From an uncultured Clostridia bacterium (GTDB lineage Bacteria > Bacillota > Clostridia > Christensenellales > UBA3700), in the NCBI GenBank assembly GCA_947175555.1, contig CAMWNK010000003.1:4540-68539 (forward strand): DNA of 64,000 nt, written 5' to 3'. Position 1 is the stretch's first letter; each line of letters starts with the position of its first letter. A program made the position numbers and the translations under genes. Shown here piece by piece: positions 56,735-63,646 of this stretch. The notes beneath the pieces were generated by a model. The model was not told where the DNA came from. It worked only from the letters and a program-made list of their open reading frames with translations, and did no database searches.

Positions 56735-57178
56735 TTAAGCATTCGATTTTTTCCAAGCATTGTATCTTATGCAGTAGCATATAAGCACCGCAATACCTAA
56801 GCAAGTAATTATAGAGCCAAGCAATGCCGCAAATATTATAAACACATCATTGCTTGAAGCAACAAAAATGCAGTCATGCGGATTTAGAGGATTATAAGCA
56901 ATCTTTATTGAGTCTCCGATATCATTTGCTCCATAAGTCGAACTTATGCTGTTGGTAGCAGTATACGTTACACCGTCCACTTCAAACTCGGCAATTTCGG
57001 CATATCCGTATACCTTGTGTACCTCCCCTTTATTCATAGTAGTAACTTTATAATCTACTATCGTGCCCGTAGTTATAATATATCGACTAATCTTAGCTGT
57101 TTCTTGACTGCGATGCACCGATATACCCACAATCATTCCTATCCCAATGCAAAGAAATACAAAATAAAAATAAAACAT
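56735..57178 (-). CDS. DUF3592-like membrane protein
   Basis: 147-aa ORF with an N-terminal TM, a beta-rich middle (TGTIVDYKVTT...EFEVDGVTYTATNSISS...IKIAYNPLNP) and a C-terminal TM, which is the DUF3592 layout. Confidence 0.65.
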   Translation of the reverse strand: MFYFYFVFLCIGIGMIVGISVHRSQETAKISRYIITTGTIVDYKVTTMNKGEVHKVYGYAEIAEFEVDGVTYTATNSISSTYGANDIGDSIKIAYNPLNPHDCIFVASSNDVFIIFAALLGSIITCLGIAVLICYCIRYNAWKKSNA

Positions 57179-57338
57179 TTTTTTGTAGGCTTGCTAACGT
57201 ATCTCGCTGCACTCACTTCTTTATTTCCCATCTCTTATTTTAATCTGCTACATTATAACAAAATCGTAATACCTTCTCAAGTACATAAATAATTACAGCA
57301 CTTTTTTTATATTAATAATTTTATTAAACCGAATTTTA

Positions 57339-57409
57339 TTTGAACATTGTTCAAAAACAATTTGACAATTTTGCAGCGATTGAATATAATATATTTGAAC
57401 AATGTTCAG
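57339..57409 (+). promoter_or_regulatory. consensus promoter flanked by two copies of a 17-bp palindrome (candidate TetR operators)
   Basis: O1 is TTTGAACA-T-TGTTCAAA (57339-57355). The promoter is TTGACA (57362-57367), a 17-nt spacer, then TATAAT (57385-57390). O2 is TTTGAACA-A-TGTTCAG (57394-57409), with the ATG at 57402 at its centre. Confidence 0.6.
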
Positions 57410-58001
57410 TGGCGGTGTTAATTTGGATAATAAAGAAGCAATCATAGAAGCTACAATCGAGTTAATTGAAGAAAAAGGCGAGCAAATAGATGCGATTACT
57501 GTTCGTGAAATTTGCAAGAAAGCAGAGGTCGGTTTAGGGCTTGTAAATTATTATTTTGAAAGCAAAGAAAAATTAATATCCTACTGCGTTGAAAAAATCA
57601 TTAACGGCATCGTGGAAAAATTTGCGCTCATTTGCGAACAGACCAACCACTTTACCCCGTTTGAAAAACTTGAATATCTTGGCAATATGACGTTTGATTT
57701 TTTATTTGACCACTATACGGTATCCAAAATTTCGATACTGAGCGATATGCATACGCCAAAGGAGAACGACAACACGCATAGGACTTATGCGGCATATCTT
57801 CCGCTCATTTCCTCTTGCCGTCCCGATTGGAATGAGGACAAAGTAAAACGGATAACTTATAGTCTGATAACAACTATGCAACAGGCGTTTTTAAGAAACG
57901 AAATTATTTTACTTTCTCAAGGTGTAAATTTGCACAATAAATCGGAGCGATATCAATTCCATAGACAAATGCTACAAGATATATTAGGAGTTATGCAATG
58001 A
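57402..58001 (+). CDS. TetR/AcrR-family transcriptional regulator
   Basis: N-terminal HTH KEAIIEATIELIEEKGEQIDAITVREICKKAEVGLGLVNYYFESKEKL. There is no SD before ATG 57402. The alternative start is TTG 57423 after GGTG. Confidence 0.8.
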   Translation: MFSGGVNLDNKEAIIEATIELIEEKGEQIDAITVREICKKAEVGLGLVNYYFESKEKLISYCVEKIINGIVEKFALICEQTNHFTPFEKLEYLGNMTFDFLFDHYTVSKISILSDMHTPKENDNTHRTYAAYLPLISSCRPDWNEDKVKRITYSLITTMQQAFLRNEIILLSQGVNLHNKSERYQFHRQMLQDILGVMQ

Positions 58002-58723
58002 ATATAACGGTAATCAACGGGACTGAAAAACGCGGAGTTACTTATAAGCTAAAAGAGATATTCTTAGAGCGCTTCAAAACAAATTCCGAAATAACAGAAT
58101 ATTATCTGCCGAAAGACTGTCCTAATTTTTGCAACGGTTGCGCAAGTTGCTGTCTGAAAGGCGAACAGACTTGTAAAGATTATTCATATGTACAATCGAT
58201 AGAGAAATCGCTTTTGCAAGCGGATTTAATAATTATGACTTCGCCCGCCTACGTCATGCACGTTAGCGGAGCAATGAAAACGCTCTTGGATCATCTTGCG
58301 TATCGTTGGATACCGCACCGCCCTGCCGCCAATATGTTTGGTAAACGCGCCGTTGTTATAACGCAATGCGTAGGAGCGGGAGCAAAATCAACTGCAAAAG
58401 ATATTAAACATAGTTTATCTTGGTGGGGAATATCCAAAATAGGCATATTTACAGGCACACTTATGGACGATATCGTTTGGGATAACTTGAGCGAAAAACG
58501 ACGTAATAAACTATCAAAGCAGATTCTACAACTTTCTGATAAATTCTCGAAAATCAATTATAAAAAGCCTGCTCATACGAAAATACTAACAAAAATCAAA
58601 TTCGGATTTTGCAGACTTATGCAAAAGAAGTCATACAAAATCAATCCCGAATATACTGATGCGCAGTATTGGCATCATCAAGGGTGGCTCGACAAAAACC
58701 GTCCTTGGCATAAAACAAAATAA
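57998..58723 (+). CDS. flavodoxin-like NAD(P)H-dependent FMN reductase / iron-sulfur flavoprotein-like
   Basis: 241 aa. The flavodoxin-fold N-terminus is MNITVINGTEKRG. The Cys cluster CNGCASCCLKGEQTC has C-X2-C-X2-C-X7-C spacing, as in Isf proteins. It overlaps the TetR gene as ATGA. Confidence 0.7.
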   Translation: MNITVINGTEKRGVTYKLKEIFLERFKTNSEITEYYLPKDCPNFCNGCASCCLKGEQTCKDYSYVQSIEKSLLQADLIIMTSPAYVMHVSGAMKTLLDHLAYRWIPHRPAANMFGKRAVVITQCVGAGAKSTAKDIKHSLSWWGISKIGIFTGTLMDDIVWDNLSEKRRNKLSKQILQLSDKFSKINYKKPAHTKILTKIKFGFCRLMQKKSYKINPEYTDAQYWHHQGWLDKNRPWHKTK

Positions 58724-58956
58724 TTTGTATATAGAGTTATATATTACGAAGGTGAAAAATAAGAAGTCCGTTGCAACGTAACAGACTTCCCCAAGTGTTC
58801 ATTCTACACACAACTTACAATGCGACAACAAAAAAACTCTGATGCGATTTTTTTACTGGGATGACGATGTAGACATACTCTATGGTAAACAAACTTTGAC
58901 CTAAATCAAGCCGCTAAAACTTGCGCGCAAGAAATGTTGAACAAATAAATTGCAGT

Positions 58957-59304
58957 CTATTGTTTAACCTGCCGCATATAGACAGCGTTTCCATCAGGAT
59001 CGTAAAAACTCATATTGATTGCACCCCACGGACGAACAGTCGGCTTTTCAATAAACTTCACACCTGCTGCAGAAAGACGCTCATACTCTGCGTATATGTC
59101 CTCAACAGTGAACGCAAGGCACATCATTTGATTTTTGAGTTTCTTTTCTGTTCCGCCATTAAAGACGGTCAAAGCCGTCTCCTCCGAGAGAATAAACTGA
59201 TGGACAGCATCATCGCTTCTGTTATCCACGCCAAGCAGAAATTTATAGAAATCTGCCATTTGCTTAACGTCGTTAGTCAATAAACTCACTTCTCCGATTT
59301 TCAT
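58957..59304 (-). CDS. VOC-family protein (glyoxalase/bleomycin-resistance fold)
   Basis: 115 aa from ATG 59304, with GGAG 6 nt upstream. It has the beta-alpha-beta-beta-beta pattern, with FTVEDIYAEYERL...GVKFIEKP...PWG...FYDPDGN. Confidence 0.75.
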   Translation of the reverse strand: MKIGEVSLLTNDVKQMADFYKFLLGVDNRSDDAVHQFILSEETALTVFNGGTEKKLKNQMMCLAFTVEDIYAEYERLSAAGVKFIEKPTVRPWGAINMSFYDPDGNAVYMRQVKQ

Positions 59305-59352
59305 GATTTTCTCCACTAGATTACTGTATATCGTAGAAAGATTATATCTTAA

Positions 59353-59553
59353 TTATATATATAAAAGCAAGTATCGAATACAAAGCATATATCCTTGAGA
59401 TTGTCTTGACAGCGAGCGGCTACGCCAAGCGAAAAGGGCGCTTTCTAAATTAAAATCGAAATTCGACTTCTTTATCCGTAAAATGAAGTACCCAATTACA
59501 ATTGCTATTAGTAGGACTATTATTAACCACGACAAACGTTTTATTGTTTGCAT
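59353..59553 (-). CDS. small single-TM hypothetical protein (weak call)
   Basis: 66 aa from ATG 59553, with GGGGGC 7 nt upstream. The TM is LSWLIIVLLIAIVIGYFIL. The C-terminal half is low-complexity and AT-driven. Confidence 0.3.
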   Translation of the reverse strand: MQTIKRLSWLIIVLLIAIVIGYFILRIKKSNFDFNLESALFAWRSRSLSRQSQGYMLCIRYLLLYI

Positions 59554-59634
59554 TATAAAAGCCCCCAAATAATATATCTAAATAATTGTTTTTTCATTTA
59601 AACCACCGTCATTTTTAATTTTATTCATCAAAGA

Positions 59635-59761
59635 TTGACACAAAACTCTAAACAGCGTATACTGATAATAAGGAAGCGAACTCAATCTTTATGAGATTGT
59701 TTATGTCGGCATTGTTCCGACCCGCAAGTTAGGGGCAATTTGTTTGCCCTTTTTCTTTTTT
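59635..59761 (+). ncRNA. candidate sRNA cassette 1 (own promoter, two hairpins, own terminator)
   Basis: TTGACA-17-TATACT lies at 59635-59663. Hairpins are CAATCT/AGATTG and GTCGG-N7-CCGAC (59705-59721). The terminator GGGCAA-TTTGT-TTGCCC is followed by TTTTTCTTTTTT (59731-59761). Confidence 0.4.
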
Positions 59762-59945
59762 CGACGAACAACTCTTCCAGTATGTACAAGCGTACGATTC
59801 AAATCATGACTACCCAACTTAAACCGCGATTGAGCTTCTGGAAAATTTCTTTATTTGTTATCTTCTTCATATTAATTACTCTCTCTTTTTTATTGTATCT
59901 GCTACAAACCTTATAACGCCCCTATCATCCTAAAAGGCAACAATA

Positions 59946-60053
59946 TTAACCATACAATGCTTTAACAAAAGCGACTATAATCGGCGCAAGTATAGGCAAA
60001 AGAAAAAACAGAAGCAATAATGCAGCTATAACGCCAATACTATCTTTAGCCAT
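59946..60053 (-). CDS. 35-aa hydrophobic peptide ORF (speculative)
   Basis: MAKDSIGVIAALLLLFFLLPILAPIIVAFVKALYG. GGTGG lies only 2 nt before the ATG, which is poor spacing. The ORF is below the track cut-off and sits between sRNA-like cassettes 1 and 2. Confidence 0.2.
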   Translation of the reverse strand: MAKDSIGVIAALLLLFFLLPILAPIIVAFVKALYG

Positions 60054-60175
60054 TTCCACCAATCAGGGCTCGTCAGCTCAATGCTCGGCGAATATCCTGA
60101 CCAATGATCTACAGGCGACATGACAAAGCTAAGAGTAGTTAAATCGCCGTCCTTATTGTCTCGTTATATAATGAA

Positions 60176-60290
60176 TTGACTTTTGTCGCATTACCAATTA
60201 TAATAATGTTGTGAGCGTCGGGTATTTCCGACCGTGATATATAAATCCCACTCACAAAGAGAGCAATTTATTTGCTCTCTTTATTTTTTT
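60176..60290 (+). ncRNA. candidate sRNA cassette 2
   Basis: TTGACT-17-TATAAT lies at 60176-60204. The outer helix GTGAG...CTCAC encloses GTCGG-N6-CCGAC. The terminator has a 10-bp stem AAGAGAGCAA / TTGCTCTCTT followed by TTATTTTTTT (60257-60290). Confidence 0.4.
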
Positions 60291-60361
60291 GGTCTATCCT
60301 TCATACTAATTCTTTTCATATCCCATTTTCAAGCCGTGTTTTTGTCTTGTTATATAATCAA

Positions 60362-60480
60362 TTGACTTTTGCTGCGCTATACTTTATAATAACTAATAGG
60401 TAAGCGGCTTTCAGCGCGTTTACACCTGCCGATATTGGATTGCGGCATTGCCCCGAACGGATAGTTTCGGGGAATTTTTT
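60362..60480 (+). ncRNA. candidate sRNA cassette 3
   Basis: TTGACT-17-TATAAT lies at 60362-60390. There is an internal hairpin TGCCG...CGGCA. The terminator CCCCGAA-N8-TTCGGGG is followed by AATTTTTT (60451-60480). The 30 nt spanning the -35 match cassette 2 at 28 of 30 positions. Confidence 0.4.
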
Positions 60481-60603
60481 ACCCTTTTTACCGCGAAATT
60501 TATTGATACGTTTTCTATTCTTTTGCATAGGTTTTGAGTGATTAAAAACCGTATCAATAATTGTGTCTACGTCTTGCCGCGATACGTCAATATTCGGGTG
60601 ATT

Positions 60604-60861
60604 TTACTTGAGTTTTCGATTTACCTGTATCAAGTTACCCTCGTCGTCCATAATTTCAACATAATGCTTAAATCGTGATTGCCCTTGCTGATAGTTTTTC
60701 AACCATGTACGGTTTTTACCGTCGCGGCTTGATAACTGCACTACGGCAAGGTCGTTACGGGCGTTTGTTTCGATTACGACAACGGGGCGTTCCTTTTCAG
60801 GCTGTTTCGCCTTTTTGTCTAAATACTTATCGCGCGTGGTAAGCGTTCTGCCTTGCGGCAC
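60604..60861 (-). CDS. hypothetical protein, possibly a gene remnant
   Basis: 85-aa ORF from GTG with no SD. The reading frame stays open for 23 more codons upstream without a start codon, which suggests a truncated gene. The basic N-terminus is followed by RPVVVIETN...LAVVQLSS. Confidence 0.35.
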   Translation of the reverse strand: MPQGRTLTTRDKYLDKKAKQPEKERPVVVIETNARNDLAVVQLSSRDGKNRTWLKNYQQGQSRFKHYVEIMDDEGNLIQVNRKLK

Positions 60862-61227
60862 TCTGCCGCTTGCCGTTCTACCTCGATTTAATTTCTTTGT
60901 AAGCTTTGTTGCCCCATTTTTAAGGGCAGCTTAATCGAATTTCTATCTTGACAAATCAAACAACATCCTTTTTGAAAGCGTACTTCCAATTTTTGTTATA
61001 AAATAGTTTGACAGTTTCCGTGCCATATGATAAACCAATTATAAGTAACGATGATTTCATTTTGAAATCGGGGCTAATGGCATTGCAGGTTTGGCACGTC
61101 GTTACTTTTTTTGTGCCTTTTTCTACCCCAAATACTTTTGCTTCGCCCTGTCATATAAATTTTTGCTTGTGCATAATCTTTCGGAGTCAAATAAAGGCGA
61201 TGTTTTGACTACAAAAAGGAGAGCAAA

Positions 61228-61625
61228 ATATTAATAAATCTTTCTGGCTTTTCTATCAACGCTAAGCCACGAAAAGACGGACGATACCAAGGATATATTG
61301 TACAAAACGGCAAATAAAGATATATATATGGAAAATCGCGCGAAGATGTGGCTGCAAAAATCAAAACAATTATTCATGAACGATTGACACATAAAAAGAA
61401 AAAAAACATTGCACTATAACTTTTAGAAGCTATGTTGAAACTTGGATTGAAATATACAAAAAACCAAATCTGAAACCAGCTAGTATTGCGAATACATTAA
61501 GCGCTATTAAGCATGCAATTAATAACTTTGGAGATAAACCTATAAATAATATATCTACAGATAGTGTGCAGATATTACTTCTATCAATGCGTGCAGAACG
61601 AATGCGTAATCTATGCAAAACATAA
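61228..61625 (+). pseudogene. tyrosine integrase remnant: arm-binding and SAM-like N-terminal domains only, with an in-frame stop, a frameshift and a missing catalytic domain
   Basis: Reads INAKPRKDGRYQGYIVQNGK-TAA(61315)-RYIYGKSREDVAAKIKTIIHERL. The frame then shifts inside the A-run at 61393-61406, continuing TFRSYVETWIEIYKKPNLKPASIANTLSAIKHAINNFGDKPINNISTDSVQILL and ending at TAA 61623-61625. There is no start codon and no R..HxxR..Y domain. Confidence 0.6.
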
Positions 61626-61640
61626 TCGGATAGTCAGAGC

Positions 61641-61681
61641 GAAACAAAAGAAATACGCACACTGCTCAAAAGTGTGCGTAT
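61641..61681 (-). terminator. rho-independent terminator downstream of tRNA-Ala
   Basis: The minus strand has an 11-bp stem ATACGCACACT / AGTGTGCGTAT with a 7-nt loop, followed by TTCTTTTGTTT. Confidence 0.65.
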
Positions 61682-61691
61682 ACCCCTCGTA

Positions 61692-61767
<76 letters not shown>

Positions 61768-61817
61768 TGATTGCGATATAAGTATATCATATCAAAATCA
61801 GCGGTGTCAAAATAAAA

Positions 61818-62693
61818 TTAAAGCGATTTAGCAATTTGCGCCATTTTAGCTCTGCCCTCATCGCTAATAGGACGGAAAGGTCTGCGGCAATCGCCCATAG
61901 GTATACCCAAAGCATCAAGGACTGCCTTCTCCGCAGCAAAAGTACCGTACTTAATAAGCTCTGATATTATGGCGTTGGCCTCAAGCTGCTTAGCCTGCGC
62001 GGCGCGCAAATCTCCCTTTAGGAAATAATTGTAGATATCGATAAACTTATCCGCCATGAGGTTATAAGTAGAACCGATGCCGCCGTCCGCACCCATACTC
62101 AAGCCTGCGATAAACATCTCGTCCCAGCCGTTGTAAACTACGGGATTAGCTGACATGCCCTTAAACTGTTGCAGCATAAACAAGTCGGACGTAGTATGCT
62201 TAATACCTATAAATCTGTCAGATGCGGCAAACAGCTCTTCCGCGATGGCCTTAGTAAAGCTGAATCCGCTTGCATTGGGGAAATTATAAATTATCATAGG
62301 GACGTCGACGCTATCGACTATATCAAGATAATAGTTCTTGATTGCTTCATAGCTGAATGCGTAATAAAAAGGCGCAACCGCCGATATGGCGTCATAGCCG
62401 ACCTCCTTAGCATATTTAGCCAATTCGACAGCGTGATCGGTGCAAATTGCCCCCACGTGCGCTATCATAGTCGTCCTGCCCGCATTAGCCTCTGCCGCCG
62501 CCTTAAAAAGCTGCTTGCGCTCCTCTATAGTAAGGAGCAGCCCCTCGCCTGTAGAGCCTCCGACGTAAAATCCGTTGACGCCCTTGCCGATATTATATTC
62601 CACAAGTTTTGCAACCGAATCGTCATTGATGCTGCTATCCGCCTTAAACGGCGTAAGCAGCGCGGGGAACACGCCCTTAAATTTGTTATCCAT
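61818..62693 (-). CDS. nanA: N-acetylneuraminate lyase (DapA/NanA family)
   Basis: Motifs FPALLTPF, GGSTGEGLLL and GIKHTTSD (Schiff-base Lys context). The start is set at ATG 62693, with GGGAGG 4 nt upstream. The TTG at 62705 is part of that SD. It is adjacent to nanK and nanE. Confidence 0.8.
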   Translation of the reverse strand: MDNKFKGVFPALLTPFKADSSINDDSVAKLVEYNIGKGVNGFYVGGSTGEGLLLTIEERKQLFKAAAEANAGRTTMIAHVGAICTDHAVELAKYAKEVGYDAISAVAPFYYAFSYEAIKNYYLDIVDSVDVPMIIYNFPNASGFSFTKAIAEELFAASDRFIGIKHTTSDLFMLQQFKGMSANPVVYNGWDEMFIAGLSMGADGGIGSTYNLMADKFIDIYNYFLKGDLRAAQAKQLEANAIISELIKYGTFAAEKAVLDALGIPMGDCRRPFRPISDEGRAKMAQIAKSL

Positions 62694-62749
62694 ATAACCT
62701 CCCAAAAGACTACGCTTTCAAAAAAAATTGTTTTTTATATTATTACCGC

Positions 62750-63646
62750 TCAATATATACCGTTTTGTATGCCGTAGCGTCCGTTGAGCGCGGCGAACAC
62801 GCTACCAAGCAGCGCCGCCCTATTGCCTAACTTAGCCTTAACCAACTTGCAAGCTATATTTTTGTCGCAAATAGATACGAGGTCATCCCACCAATACTGC
62901 GACATCTCGACCACACCGCCGCCTATAATGATGTTTGTGGGGGAATATCTATCGCAGGCGACTTCCAACACGCTCTTGAAATCGGCAAGGAACTCCCTTA
63001 CCGCAGCTCTGCTCTTATCGCTTGAAAGTATCTCTTCCACTCTGTCCATACCTGCGTTAAGTTTAAGCCCCGTAGCAGAAACATATTGCTCCGCACAGCC
63101 CTTCAAGCCGCACTTACACTGCCGTCCGCCGTCATGCAGCTCTATGTGTCCCAATCTTATATTTTCTATGCTGCCGCTGCCTAAGGGCTTGGAAATATCC
63201 TCTATCATCGCACAGCCTAAGCCGGTGCCCAGCGTAAGCATCATAGGTCTGCCCTTCAACGAATTGCCTACGTACGCCTCGCCTACAAGCGCCGCTACCG
63301 CGTCATTGACCAAGTTAACTCTCTTGCCGAAGCGCTCTGCCAGCAACTCGCGCAGCTCAAGTCCCGTAAACCCGGGGAGCGCATCCGTAGCAAAAGTAAT
63401 TACTCCGCATGTATCGTCGATATCTCCTGCCGATCCTACGCCGATAATCGAGGCGTCGGATTGCGCGATAAACTTATCTATCGCAACGCAGATGTTGTCT
63501 ATCACCTTATCCCTGCCCTGCTTGCCGTCGGTATGAACGGACGCTCTTTCTATAATCCTATAAGATGCCGCATCGTCGGGCGCGCCGCACTCTATGAGCG
63601 CGGATTTTATCCCTGTGCCGCCTATATCTACGCCTACTATCCTCAT
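62750..63646 (-). CDS. nanK: ROK-family sugar kinase, probably N-acetylmannosamine kinase
   Basis: 298 aa. The ATP-binding N-terminus is MRIVGVDIGGTGIK and the ROK zinc motif is CKCGLKGCAEQY. It overlaps nanE as ATGA. Confidence 0.75.
   Translation of the reverse strand: MRIVGVDIGGTGIKSALIECGAPDDAASYRIIERASVHTDGKQGRDKVIDNICVAIDKFIAQSDASIIGVGSAGDIDDTCGVITFATDALPGFTGLELRELLAERFGKRVNLVNDAVAALVGEAYVGNSLKGRPMMLTLGTGLGCAMIEDISKPLGSGSIENIRLGHIELHDGGRQCKCGLKGCAEQYVSATGLKLNAGMDRVEEILSSDKSRAAVREFLADFKSVLEVACDRYSPTNIIIGGGVVEMSQYWWDDLVSICDKNIACKLVKAKLGNRAALLGSVFAALNGRYGIQNGIY

Larger units (their letters stand above)
51813..61691. mobile_element. candidate ~9.9-kb integrated element / genomic island between the NUDIX gene and the 3' end of tRNA-Ala
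   Basis: There is an intact tyrosine integrase at the left end. A decayed integrase N-terminal remnant lies at the right end, next to the tRNA 3' end. The segment is visibly AT-richer than its flanks and its cargo is hypothetical or accessory genes. I found no att direct repeats by eye. Confidence 0.4.

Noticed and set aside
58784-58931. Imperfect hairpin GAAGTCCGTT...AACAGACTTC after the flavoprotein gene, and the palindrome CTTGCGCGCAAG after the VOC gene, checked as terminators.
   Set aside because: The first lacks a T-tract. The second can form only a 4-bp stem. Both are too weak to annotate.
59700-59870. Minus-strand reading MKKITNKEIFQKLNRGLSWVVMI-TGA-IVRLYILEELFVEKRKRANKLPLTCGSEQCRHKQSHKD, which is continuous if TGA is read through. 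I considered an alternative genetic code or recoding.
   Set aside because: The 7,246- and 4,477-codon ORFs contain no in-frame TGA, and TGA terminates clear genes here (tsaC, nanE, the 53566 ORF), so TGA is a stop. The shared sequence between cassettes shows compensatory stem changes typical of RNA structure, not protein conservation.
59600-60500. Repeated units checked as a possible CRISPR array, a type III toxin-antitoxin RNA repeat, or a retron ncRNA.
   Set aside because: There are no short identical direct repeats with unique spacers. Each unit has its own promoter and terminator. There is no cas gene, endoribonuclease toxin or reverse transcriptase gene in the window.
61008-61208. 66-aa plus-strand ORF, and a minus-strand fragment KHRLYLTPKDYAQAKIYMTGRSKSIWGRKRHKK (about 61074-61205) that resembles a ribbon-helix-helix/MobC-like motif.
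   Set aside because: The plus-strand ORF has no SD and an AT-bias composition. The minus-strand fragment has no start codon and is too short to call. It is mentioned only as possible debris of a mobile element.
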